Assembly: GCA_964016885.1 (NCBI GenBank)
Contig: OZ024743.1
Coordinates: 4,588,001-4,652,000, forward strand
DNA length: 64,000 bases
Origin: Eledone cirrhosa
Lineage: Eukaryota
Reading direction: 5' to 3'
Part shown: piece by piece, positions 38,217 through 50,750 of the stretch
How the letters are laid out: every line of letters begins with the position of its first letter
Position numbering within the stretch: the first letter of the stretch is position 1
Notes under the pieces: generated by a model
Database searches by the model: none
What the model was told of the DNA's origin: nothing
The model's input: the letters and a program-made list of their open reading frames with translations, nothing else
Program-made: the position numbers and the translations under genes

Positions 38217-39659
38217 TGAAACTAAATTGACATATCATTATCATTGCAGTTGTCATCAATTCACTTTCAGTTTCAATGCACGAATATCAAAAGATTACCC
38301 CAAGATTATTAAGAGAGCATGGAAGCCAATTATGCCTGTTAAACTTTTTTCTAAGATTATAACAGACATAATTGAAGAGATATGGCATTCACTTGAAATT
38401 GCAAACTGACTCGCTAAGAGCCTACCTCTAGTTATTACTAAAGAGAAGATTTTAAAAATATATAATAATTTACAACTAGACATATAGCTTGTATTTATTT
38501 TATCTTTTTTTTATTAGTTTGGTCTGGAGGAAGTTATTGGGCTTATGACCTTCATAGGCTTTCTGAGACTGGTGAGATTGTTGCTGTTAAAGTTTCTTTT
38601 GAGCAGTTGCAATTTCATGGCTGCAGGAGAAATATGGAAAGCATGTAGGAGGTCATTCGTTACAAACATATTTGTTCATATATCAGCATACCTTCTAAAC
38701 TTTTACTGATTCTGTGCTGTTGGTTTTGGCAGAATAGGTTAAGCATGTGACAAAATGCTTTGCAATATTTATCTACACCCCTTGATATTCTGAATTTAGA
38801 TCCCATTAAGGTTGACTTTGCCATTCTTCATTTTGCAATCGCTAGATAAAAGTACAAGTCTTGTACTGGGCTTCTTTATTTCTTTGTCTCTAGTGTTGGC
38901 TATGATCAAACCTGAAGAGAGATGGGCTCTGCCATTTTCAAATACCAAAAATACATCATATGCCATGCATGCCAGACCTGAAGGCTAATTAGTTGTGCCT
39001 ATAATTTTTACAGAGACTAATTTTTTGTTATTTTATTCTGTTCTTTTACCTGTAAGTGCATCATTGCTCAGACATACACAGATTATTAAAATGCTTAATG
39101 AGCTGTTTGGAAATAGGCCTATATTTCACATCTGGTTTGGGCATATTGCTAGCTGAAGAGATTTACATTTTACATCTGTTACCAATTTTCTGCTAGCCTA
39201 ATGTCACAACATCAGGAGTTAAGAATCTGACAAATGCTAAGCCTATTAAGTCGATTATACACCATTCTCACTAAAGTGTATGGCCTTATGTTTAATTTAA
39301 AAAAACATTATGTTCCACTACTCTGAGAATCAACTTCATTTACCCACATTGTCACATTGTATTGACATTATTGTTAATACATGAAAATATCATTTTGAAA
39401 GCTATAAGATTTGTTAGAAGTTTATACAAAACTATAAAATACACAAATTCTTTCAAAATTGTATTTCCTCTTAAGTATTTGATTCTTAAAATGGTGTATA
39501 GTCCATATAGTTAGTGCTAAAGGTGCAGTCTTAGGGGAGATCTTCATTATATAATTGTCACCTCTTCTACATTAACAGTTCTTATCTTTGGAATTAAGCC
39601 AAAGACATAATCTAACTGTAATATTATTCTGCTATGGAATGATTACATTGGTAAAGCTT

Positions 39660-39870
39660 TAACAAATAACACCCAGCCCACATTGTAAAGTGGTCGTGTT
39701 GGTGACACTACGAAAAAAATGCCCAGCCCACACTGTAAATGTGGTAGGAATGGCATCCAGCTGTAGAATCAGTTCTGTATGAGCAAGACACAGTCACCTG
39801 ATCTCAAAATGGGACAACTCGTCTAACTCATGTTAGTGTGGAAAAATGGACGTTAAATGGTGATAATCAT
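39660..39870 (+). mobile_element. SINE family C fragment
   Basis: cccagcccacactgtaaa..ggtaggaatggcatccagctgtagaa...ggaaaaatggacgttaaatggtgat. Confidence 0.7.
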
Positions 39871-40179
39871 GATATCCTTATTTTCATATCAAATAAAATA
39901 CCTATGACAGTACAGCAGTATTTGAACTCACTGTGTCTGTCTTATGAACTCTATATGTTGTATATAATAGATATGTCATCCATTCGATTCCATAGTTAAA
40001 GTGTTACATAAATTATCATTATCGATTTCCATCTGTTTATATTGTTATTGTAAACTCAATGATAATGGATATTGAATATGCTGGAACAATACATTATTGC
40101 ATGTTTGTGGGTAACTTTAAAAGCTCCTGCATATGGGAGAGCATGTCTTCTGTATTACTGCATAGCACTAGAGATCACG

Positions 40180-40480
40180 GTCCTGTGTTATCACCATTTG
40201 AGTGCAATTGTGCATGCTCAACTTTTATCACCTCAGCCCAAGTCTTCCTAGGCCTGCCCACTCCATAGCTTCCATCAACCTTGAGTGTTCAGCACCTTTT
40301 TATACAGCTGCCATCCTTCATACACATCATATGTCCATACCAACGCAAACTCCTCTCCTGCACACAGCATCTGATCCCTCTTGTGCCTAATTTCTCTCGC
40401 AGTTTATGCTTTGCTATTCATGTATATTACTGTTGCACATTCATTGAAGAATGGCGGCTTCATTTCTTTCCAATCTTCAC
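40180..40480 (-). mobile_element. RTE LINE 3' fragment (similar to the 26-kb element)
   Basis: LREKLGTRGIRCCVQERSLRWYGHMM...GRPRKTWAEVI. Confidence 0.8.
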
Positions 40481-40749
40481 AGGTCCTCTGTACACACTGC
40501 CTAGGTCACACTACCATGCAATATTGTTCTTCATATACATGTGTCTGGACCTCTTAGAAATTCTTTGCCTAATTACTCTCCCCATTACATCTCTCATAGC
40601 ATTTCAAGATTCCATGAGGATGAATACAACATTATCAATCCATGTCCACTTATCGCTAATGCCCTGATTTATATTGTCACGCTGCCTAGTTATCCAAACA
40701 CGTAATATACGTAACCTCTCTCTGTCTCTCTCTATAAATATATACACCT

Positions 40750-41040
40750 GAGAGGGTCATGTGGGCAGTGTCCGCAGACACACATTCCAAAGGGTTCTAT
40801 CAGAAGCAAGCCTCTCCAAATGATCCGGATGGAACTCTCAATAAGACTAATCATATGGATGTTATCCAACCATCTTGCTCATGGTCTACCTTTGGCCTGC
40901 TCCTAGTTTTCTTTACCTGTAAAATATGTCCACTATATGCTTAGAACTTCTAATCACATATCCATAATACTAGAACTATGATCTCTCAATGCAGAGAAAC
41001 AGCTACTCTTCCTGATCTCTGTGCTACACCACCTAGTGTG
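40750..41040 (-). mobile_element. RTE family R1 3' fragment
   Basis: Reverse complement of ggtagacc..gagcaagatggttggataacatccat block. Confidence 0.7.
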
Positions 41041-42057
41041 GTACAAGAAGGCAGGAAAAGTCACAGCAGAAACAGTATAGGTGTCTATTTGACTCTAGAT
41101 CAGCAGATGAAATATTCTGGCAAGCCATCTGCAGACTTTATAAGAAGTAGTCCCACTTCATGCCTGCTATCAGTAACTCATCTGGAATTCTCTCTGAAGA
41201 CAGGAGCATGCTTGTGTGATAGAAACAATATTTTTCTAATTTCCTAAATCCAGTCATAGCATCTGGTGTGCATGAGATGCATCAAGAGGTAAAGACTAAC
41301 CTCTTGGAGGCTGAGATCACCAAAACAATTTAAGCACTCAAATGTGGCACTCATTTCACATCAAATACTTTAATTGATATTTTGTTTCTCTACTTTCTTT
41401 ATAAATAACTATTAAATGTTTAAATATCATCATTTTACATGTTTTTTTTTTCTCTGTAAATGATGATGATAATGGCAGTGGTGGTAGTGAGGAGATCGCA
41501 GCATGGGCAGCAGTAATGATGACGATGTGAAGTACTTAAGTATTTAAACAATAGTTCACATGTATTTCTAAATGTAATTTATTTTCACATTTTATTTCTA
41601 TTATCTCTATACTTGATTATCATTTTCACTTCATGAATACGTTTTTTCATTTCTTTTATTTTATTTTATTCATAACTTTTTTTTTTACTCAAGTGACCTT
41701 TAATGGCTTTTGAAATAATGAGATTTACTATATTTGTATCGGGTGTGAGTTCATACATCTAGGATACTCTCCTTACTTCTGAAAAAGTATTTCTATAAAA
41801 GGAGTTCAAATGTTGAGTAAGTTCCTTTGTTTGAGCAGGTCATCTATCCAAAATAGTGTAAGGACTGGTTGGGTAACTTCCTAACTAGTATGTACATTAA
41901 TGTTGTCTCACATTTAGAAAATGTGGGGAATACTTTAATGAGAGATATCAACAGACCTGAAACACCCACAGTTTCTATAACATTTTAATGTGTTTATATC
42001 TACCAAAAGAATCTTACATCATAATTTTATGTAAGGTGTGTTCTAAACACCAGCCTA

Positions 42058-42249
42058 ATAATTGTTTCTACTTTAGGCACAAGGCCAGCAAATTACCCAG
42101 TGCATTACTGGTACTTTATTTTATCGACCCCGTAAGGATGAAAGGCAAAGTCAACCTCGGCGGGATTTGAACTCAGATCATAAAGGGACGTAACTATGCT
42201 GGAAAGCATGGCGTCCGACCCTCTACCGATACTGCCAATCCACCACCCT
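42058..42249 (-). mobile_element. SINE family A, young copy
   Basis: Near-identical to 58608-58795. Confidence 0.92.
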
Positions 42250-42458
42250 AATAATGATGATGAGAAAGTTTGTTGTATTACTAAGTCGCTCTAAATTATT
42301 GATCATTTCCAATATTATTCAACAACCATAGACAGTGATTTTATTAGAAATGTAGCAATGAAAAGGTTAACTTTAATTTTTTTCTATTTTTTGCATTAAT
42401 ATTTATTTTGTTTTACTTTTTTTTTTCAATATTTCTTCTACAGATATTAACAACTGTA

Positions 42459-42633
42459 ATGGCAAATCCCTATTCTATGATACCTCAGCCTCCTCCACCA
42501 CCACCTCCTCCATCATCTCTTTACAATGATAATCAGTTGGAAGGTTTACGGTCATTGTCCAGCATCAGTGATGGTGATCATGACCAGGACGATTCCTCGA
42601 AATCTAAAAGTTCATGTTTTAGATCCCATTCTT
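42459..42633 (+). CDS. Ankyrin repeat and SOCS box protein (ASB-like), first coding exon
   Basis: Acceptor ttcttctacag at 42443; ATG 42459; MANPYSMIPQPPPPPPPP...RSHS; phase-1 donor gtaagt at 42634. Confidence 0.75.
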
Positions 42634-43593
42634 GTAAGTTATCTTACACTTATCTTATGTTATTTAATCTCATCCTTCTAGGGGGATACAATAAAATACT
42701 GGGTTTTAACCAATGAAAATGAATTGGCTATATTTCTTCTGGTGTTCTGTCCTCCAAGTTCAAATCCTGTCAAAGTCAACTTTGCCTTTCATCCTTTTGG
42801 AGTCATGAAAATAAAGTACCAATCCTGGGTTGTAGATTAGTGTAATTAATAGTATCAGATGAAATATGTTGCTGTATTTGTTTTGGCTCTTTGCTGTCTG
42901 AATTCAAATCCTGCTGTGACCTACATGGACAGTAGACTTAATCTGTCATCCAGTTTAATACCACCACCTGGACCCCTTCTATGCTTTTAGCAGAATCAAC
43001 TTTATTGTGAGCATTCTGGCTAGGTTTCCAATTTTGAAAAGAGTCATGGGTACTGCCCTTCCCTCTCTGAACAAAAAAAACTGTCTTTCCTAGCCTTGTT
43101 TCAATGCAAGAAGTAATTTTAGAAAGTTTCTTCAAATTTCTATTAATAGTCGAATTTCTAAATATTTGAGTAATTTGCATGATTCTATATTTTATTCCTC
43201 AACTTTTCTTTCCTTAATCTTTTTTCATAATTTATCCTTTTATTTGTTAATAAAAAAAATGTTAATTTTAATTTTCTTAAATTTTTTTTTAAGCTGTCAC
43301 AATCACCTGATGTATTTCTAAACACATGATTTTAAGCTCTACATGCATAACTCTCTTTTTCTCTTAACTTCTTTTTCCATTTCTCTGTCATTCTCATGCA
43401 CTTTCCTTTGTTCCTTTTCTTTCTTTCAATCATTCTCATTCATTAGAACAACTTACAGAACATTTCAATTTTGATTATTAGCGTTATCTTACCAATCAAG
43501 TATCTGTTAACCCTTGTACTTTTCTCAACAAAATATTTATTTTCTTCTGTGTTCTTATTTCTTTCTATAAATATCTCTGTTTTTATTTTTCAG

Positions 43594-44717
43594 CTAAATG
43601 CAAGCAAAAAGAAATGCAGTTTCATCTAGTTGGAGCAATAGAATCTGGCAATTTGGCATATGTAAAGAAATTAGTGAATGGTGGAGTGAATATTGACTGT
43701 ATTGTTCTATTAGTCAAGACACCATTAATCCATGCTATGGAACAAGGACAAGAGCAAATTGCTAGTTACTTAATTTCTTCTGGAGCAAACACTAACAAAG
43801 CTGAGAGAAATGCTTGGTTTCGCCATCCCCTGCATACTGCTGTCTTTAAAAACATGTATGATATTGTACTAAAGCTTCTTGTTCATGGTGCTGTTATAGA
43901 AGCACAAGATGGTAATGGTATGACACCCCTAACCTATTCTGCTATTTATGGCAATTCAGAAATTACTAAACTACTGATTTCATATGGTGCCAATTTAAAC
44001 CATGAAGATTTTGTCAACCGCATTGCACTTCATTTCGCTGCAGAACGGAATTTACTAGACATTGCTGACACTCTTATTACACTTGGGTCAAATATTAACC
44101 ACCAAGACAAATATGGCTGGAGTCCATTGTTTGGTGCAATAATGTATAACCACATAGAAATGGTACAGATGTTGTTATCGCGCCAAGCCAATGTCCATCT
44201 TCTTGATTATGGAGGTGATGGACTAATGCACTTAGCATGCTCACGTTTCCGCCGTGAAAAAGTATATGTGGTATTGTCCACTTCAGAAGACTTGTACAAA
44301 AGAAAACGAAGAATTCCAACCCTCAGCTTTCAGAATCTTTGTGTAAAATTTCGTGGCAGCAACATCAATATCATTCACTGTTTGATCGATGCTGGTGCAG
44401 ATGTGCGTCTTTGCAATAATGAAGGACTAACTCCACTTGATCTCTGCAAAGAACAAAATGTTATGAAGTGTCTAGTCTCTGTTGGTAGCCCAATAGATCC
44501 AGGATGGATCCAATCAGCAATGTTGTGTTCAGAGTCAGGTGAAAATACAGAAATTATTACATGGCTTTTAGAACAGTTTCAATTGCAGCATCGTTTGATC
44601 TTTGCCTGTAAAGTGGCAATCAGGCATTGTTTATCATTTACAGGCTCTATTTCTGCTTCAATTCAAAAATTGCCGCTGCCAAATGCCATGAAAGATTTCC
44701 TTCAGCAAGTCTATTAG
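43594..44717 (+). CDS. Ankyrin repeat and SOCS box protein (ASB-like), last coding exon; spliced product about 432 aa
   Basis: Acceptor tttttcag at 43593 in matching phase; ankyrin motifs (TPLIHA, PLHTA, TPLTYSA, ALHFAA, SPLFGA, TPLDL) and C-terminal SOCS box (LIFACKVAIRHCL...IQKLPLPNAMKDFL). Confidence 0.92.
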
Positions 44718-45721
44718 TTTATTTCAATTCCTTACACTATAATTTTGTTTGTTTTTGATTGTTTTATTTTATATATTCATTTGTTGGCTTTCTTTTCTGT
44801 GATATTCTACACTTCACTTGAAAATGTTTTGCCTTTTTAGACACATCAGTAGGTGTCTATGCCTAAAACAGAGAAGCATTCTAAGATTAGAGGAGAATGA
44901 TGACAGTCCAGTAAATGGTGATATGCTTTCATTGTTTTAGATCTTAACACTATGTAATCTTTATAGCAAAACTACATATACATGTACTTGCACATAACCA
45001 ATTACATGATATGAGGTGTATTGGGATGGTTCATTAACAATACTATATATATATATATACCAAATAATGTAGATATTAACTAACAAACTAAGATATACTT
45101 TAAGTTATACTAATCTCCAACTTTGATGTGCAATTTCCAACATGTAGATCTAACAACATAATTGAAAAAATTACTAACAACTCAGCTTGAATTTCAATAC
45201 AAGTTCTTTGTTTTTTATATAGTTTTTTTTTTTATTTGAAATTTCCATTTGATAATACTGATATGATTTTGTAAATTGAAATGTGAGAAAAGTAAGGATC
45301 AAATTAGAAGAATTATTAAAAAAATCTAAAACTGAAATTCAATTTAAAAAAAAAAATGAATTTTCTCTCAAATTTCAGTTTTATTTATTGAATCCAAATT
45401 TGAATTTCACTTAATTCCTCCCCCTCCTTCTCCCTTCTTTCTCTTCCCCCTCTTCCCTCTCTTTTTCCTTTCAGATTTTAGTTTAAGAAAAATTTTCAAT
45501 TGAGTCTGGCATCTTATAGCATTCACCTAACTTGACAGATTATATGTCAATTCTTCTATGCTAGCATGGGTTTGTTGGGATTTCTAAAGTATGTGTTTTA
45601 ATGGCTGGATACCCTTTTTGTCATCAATACTTACAGCATGCATGGGCATGATGAATCTATTTTAAATAGATATACCTATTCTAAAAATATTTTGACAAAA
45701 TTTACATATATTGCTTTAACA

Positions 45722-46033
45722 CAGAGGTTCACAAAATCTTGGAGCCTCCCCCCCCCTCATGGCCACGTAATACCCTCAGCGCCCCCCCCCCCTCCCTTTT
45801 TCCAGAAAGGCCTGTTATCTCTAAAGTTGCAAAACTTTGATGAATCCGGCCCTGGGTAGAATGTTAACTAAGTAGAGGAAAAAAACGAGTTGTCACACTT
45901 ATAGGCGCGTTCACTTGCATGGGTGGAATGACACAGCCTCTCCGTTCCTTCCAATGCCCCCTTTTCTCTACCACCTCCCCTAACGCCCCCCTGGACCTTC
46001 TCAATGCAGTAGCGCCCACTTTGAGAACCTCTG
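45722..46033. mobile_element. hAT (Charlie-like) MITE
   Basis: TIRs cagaggttc.caaa / tttgagaacctctg; 8-bp TSD ctttaaca on both sides. Confidence 0.88.
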
Positions 46034-47440
46034 CTTTAACACGTTTTCAGATCAATTCTTTTGCCCAAAATGTATTTATTTATATATTTATAAATAAATA
46101 TATCATTTATATACATACATATTTTGCTGAACAATCATTGTTTTAACACATCATTTCAGGTTGATTAATATGACAAAATTGCACATTTATATATTTATAA
46201 ACAAATATATTTTAACAAAACTGACAAAGAAAACATTGAATTAACACAATTTTCTTTTCAAAAGTTTATTCATTTATATATTTATTTACATATTAATTTG
46301 TATTTTCTTGTTGAGGAAAGCTTTAAATTATTTCTGCCCTAATCCCATAAATTCTGTTCTGTGCTTTGCAGATTCCTTTCTCAGTCACTGATCTCTCTCG
46401 ATAAAAATAATTTAGAAAAATTATCAAAGAACAATATTTCTCATTCATGTTGCATAGCTAATTCTGCACCTCTTCACACATCACCTTATTGCAGTGTGCA
46501 TATATATCTGTTTCTATGAGACTCCATTGTACTTCCTATAGGGTTGTATATTTCTCTATGGACTATGTATTCTCGGGTCCCAAATAGTAGGTGGGGGTTG
46601 GACATTTGCTTAAATTATTATAAGCGGGGGGAGTAGAATAAACAAGGGGTTTGGAAATCGGTATTTGTATAGTGTACGTTCATAAATATGGGATTTCTTG
46701 TAATGTTCTTTTTTTGTCATATATATTTTTTTTTAATATAAAATAAAATAATTATTAGATTTTTCAGCTTCTGTATCAGAGAGTAGATGTGATATCAGCC
46801 TCACCCTGTACAAAATAATAATCTTTCTCAGATTAATTTCACTGATAACCTAGTACCTGTAGTATTTCATACTGAGTAAATTAAGTAATATATAGTTAAT
46901 GTGCCTTGCTAAAGTTCACAATGCAATATTTGTGGAAGGGTTGAGACTTAATGCTGATCCTTGTACCAAGCAACCATTTGTTCATACTCTACCATACTTT
47001 GAAGCTGAAATACTGTTATATAGCCAGTCAAGTTTGATGTTTTGTTGATATCTATATAATTGAGTATAAAGGTAATTCAGTACCTAATTCTTCTGAATTC
47101 TACCAACATCATCTCTTGCTTTTCATTCCCTCAAAAAATATAATACTGGTGATGGTTATTTTGATTAATTCCGTCCGCCTTGAGTTTAGATGAAACAAAA
47201 GTATTCAATTTATTTAGATACAAATTGGAAAGCAGTATTTCACATAAATTGGAAAGAGTAGAATAAATAATTTTGGTGTATGCCTTTTCTGTGTTCAAAT
47301 TCCATAGGGCTGATTTAGTGTTTGAAGCATTTAACTGTAAATATGTACAATTGAGAGATGAAACTTACTGTTGTCAGCAGTGGGATCACTGATTTTACAT
47401 TGATTTGCAGTGCTAAGCTACCATGCGTGAAACATGGAGA

Positions 47441-47920
47441 GAAACTCTCCTAAAATTAATAAATATATCACTGTCATTGGAAACTCTCCTAAAATTAATG
47501 AATATATCACTGTCATTGGAAAATCAAAGTAAAACAGTTGACTGTTTATCATATGTCCGTATGATAAAAAGTTATTGTACCCAGAGACATGAAGTCCATA
47601 ATAATTGTTACAGTTGTTATTATTGAATTATTATTAATATTGTTATTTCAAACTGATTCTGGTTTAGATTATAAACCAGCTTTGGTTATCTGTTTGCTCT
47701 AAACAGTTAACACAACCTCGTTGATTATATATTCAGATATTTTAATTTCTGATTGTTGTTGATTTGTTTTTATTGTTCTCTCTTTATGATGTGTGACAAT
47801 CAAAAGATGAAATAACATAATCTGTACAGTTTTATGTTTATATCCAAGATATTTAACTCTCAGTGACACAGACATAATCTGTACAGTTTTATGTTTATAT
47901 CCAAGATATTTAACTCTCAG
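47441..47920. repeat. Two short tandem duplications (about 39 bp at 47441-47522; about 59 bp at 47813-47920)
   Basis: gaaactctcctaaaattaat.aatatatcactgtcattgga twice; acataatctgtacagttttatgtttatatccaagatatttaactctcagt twice. Confidence 0.9.
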
Positions 47921-48679
47921 TAACACAGACAACCTGGTCATAATTAGTTATCACAAACAGATTATTGCTGTAAACAGCAGGAACACAGGAACATTGACAT
48001 GTGTTTTGTCAGCTTCCTGTATTGATATTAACCCTCCCCGTGTGTTTTAGCTTGCTCTTTGATGGAGATACACTTCACCAGAAGCTTAATTTACCCTAGA
48101 CACACAATTTAATAACAAGTGTTTCTTCTGATAGTTATGGAACGCACTACTCTGTAACTAAAGTAATTTAAATGAATGATAAAAGAAAATTATTCTTAGA
48201 CATATGGAAACAATGGCATATTACGATTCTATAATTCTTTTTTTTTTTTGTGCTAAATGACAAGTAGAATAGAATAGAAAACAAGATGTTTTGCTGTATG
48301 TAATTAATTTCATACTTCTTTGTTATTGATTTCAAATGTCACTAAAATTAGTTTTGTTTTTCATCCCTTCATCAATAGATAAAATACATCCTTCTCTTTC
48401 CCTACTCTATTTTGTGATAAGTATATATATGTGTGACTGTGTGTATCATCAACATCATTTAATGTCCATTTCCTTGATATATATTACCTCTGTCAAAAGA
48501 ACCTCAATTATTGCATCTTCCAGTGCAGTGAACTAATTCTTGATGCATTTATAATCACCAATTTAGACTGTTGGCAGGCACATGCAATATAGTGAAGCAT
48601 GTGTCAGAATTATTAATAAATGAAATATTGAATTTCAACCTATCAGCTTCTGTAATTACTCCTCAAGGTATGATCTATA

Positions 48680-48757
<78 letters not shown>

Positions 48758-48853
48758 AGATGTCAACATGAATGGACCTGTTATTTTTATCTAAAGACAC
48801 TTTTTCCAATTCCATCCTGCCCGTCCCTTCAATCTATTTTATTTCTCATTCTT

Positions 48854-48889
48854 TCTTCTGATGAAGGACTAGCGTCTGAAACGTTAAGA
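48854..48889 (+). ncRNA. Minimal type I hammerhead within PLE-pLTR-like repeat (48760-48975)
   Basis: tctt-CTGATGA-A-GGAC-tagc-GTCT-GAAA-CG-TT|aaga; palindromic AACGTT stem III. Confidence 0.7.
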
Positions 48890-49084
48890 CCCTCTTCCTG
48901 CTATATCAAGTGTTAACCTAATATATACCTTCCATATACTGTACCGATTGTGTTGTTATTTCTGTTTACCTTTTACATACATATATATATTTATATATAT
49001 ATGTGTGTGTATCCATATGTGGTTGGCGGCTAAGAGAAAAGAGTACTCAATACAGAGGTAATGTTTTAATATTCATTTATATTA

Positions 49085-49200
49085 AGGCTAAAAAGTGAAT
49101 TTTATTACTCTGGAGTTTTGCCTGTTTATCACAGGGTCATCAGATGATTTTGTGATAAACAGATGAAGCTCCAGAGTAACAAGACTCACTTTTTAGCCTT
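49085..49200. repeat. Inverted pLTR-like hairpin with decayed minus-strand hammerhead
   Basis: aaggctaaaaagtga...tttatcaca / tgtgataaac...tcactttttagcctt; CTGATGA-c-CCTGT..ACAGG-c-AAAA-CTC-ca-GAG-TA. Confidence 0.65.
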
Positions 49201-49438
49201 TATATATATGTATATCATCATCATCATTTTTACAATGACTTTTCCATGATGGGATGGGTTGGACGCAGTTTTCTGAAGCAGTATTTTCCTGTCCTTCTTG
49301 ACCCTAACTCTTTTAGCCACTTTTTACAACATGCACAGACACAGTGTGCCTATTGATGAACGGAGGGCACAAATGTTTTTGCCCTGAAGCTTCAAGTTAG
49401 CTAAACCAATTTAGTCTGTATGTATGTGTGTATATATG

Positions 49439-49490
<52 letters not shown>

Positions 49491-49532
49491 TATATATATA
49501 TATATATATAATTATATATATATATGTGTGTA

Positions 49533-49563
49533 CAGGGTGGCACAAAAGTGATGCACCACCCTG
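49533..49563. mobile_element. 31-bp Tc1/mariner-like TIR remnant
   Basis: TA-cagggtgg...ccaccctg. Confidence 0.45.
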
Positions 49564-50006
49564 TGCATATATGTATATATGCACACTTTTTGTGTCTCTC
49601 TTTTGCCATGTCTGCACACATGCACACACACATATATATATGTGTGTGTATGTGTGGGTCTATGTATGTATCATATCTATGTACAGTATATATTTGGCCA
49701 AAGCAAGTACAATCATATCTATGTTTAGTACAAGTATTTTTATCTTTCTTTTAGTTATTAATGTTGTTATTCATAGTTTTTGTTATACAACTAGACTGAT
49801 AAGGTGGCAGTAAAGAATAGCACATCACACTAAATGGTCTACAGTATTTTAGACTCTCTGTTTTACTCTGAGTATTTGGGGGGGGGGGGTCATTTTAATG
49901 AAGTCAGTACCAGTAATGGACTAGGGTCAGTTCAAATAATTGGACACTTTCTATTTAGATTTGAATTATTGTTATTGTGTAAGAAACCATTACCATTATT
50001 ATCAAT

Positions 50007-50750
50007 GGGCGGTGAATTGGCAGTATCGGTAGAGGGTCGGACGCCATGCTTTCTAGCATAGTTACGTCCCTTTACAGTCTGAGTTCAAATCCCGCCGAGG
50101 TTAACTTTGCCTTTCATCCTTACCAGGTCGATAAAATAAAGTACCAGTAATGCACTGGGTAATTGCTGGCCTTGTGCCTAAAGTAGAAACAATTATTATC
50201 AATGGATCAAAGGATGGTGGATTGGCAGTATCAGTAGAGCATCAGACAACATGCTTTGTGGCATAGAGTTATGACCCTTTATGTTCTGAGTTCAAATCCC
50301 ACCGAGAATAGCTTTGCCTTTCATCTTTATGGGGTTGATAAAATAATGTACCAGTAACAAACTGGGGTTTATTTAATCAAAATTGTTGGCCTTGTGCCTA
50401 AATCAGAAACCATTGTTATTAATGGATCACGGTTGATTGGCAGTATCGGTAGAGGGTCGGACACCATGCTTTGCAGCATAGAGTTACGGCCCTTTATGAT
50501 CTGAGTTCAAATCCCACCGAGGTTAACTTTGCCTTTCATCCTTACGGGGTCGATAAAATGAGGTACCAGTAATGTACTGGGTAATTGCTGGCCTTGTGCC
50601 AAAAGTAGAAACAATTATTATTAATGGATCACAGAAATAGTAGAGCTCCTGACAAAATACTCTGCAATATTTAGTTGGACCTTTTACATTTTAAGTTCAA
50701 ATCCCTCCAAAGTCAGGTTTGCTTTCTAATTTTCTGGGGTCAATAAATAA
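50007..50750 (+). mobile_element. Tandem cluster of four SINE family A copies (about 50007-50197, 50214-50418, 50431-50620, 50630-50750)
   Basis: Repeated A/B boxes and tails, separated by tat(c/t)aatggatca. Confidence 0.9.
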
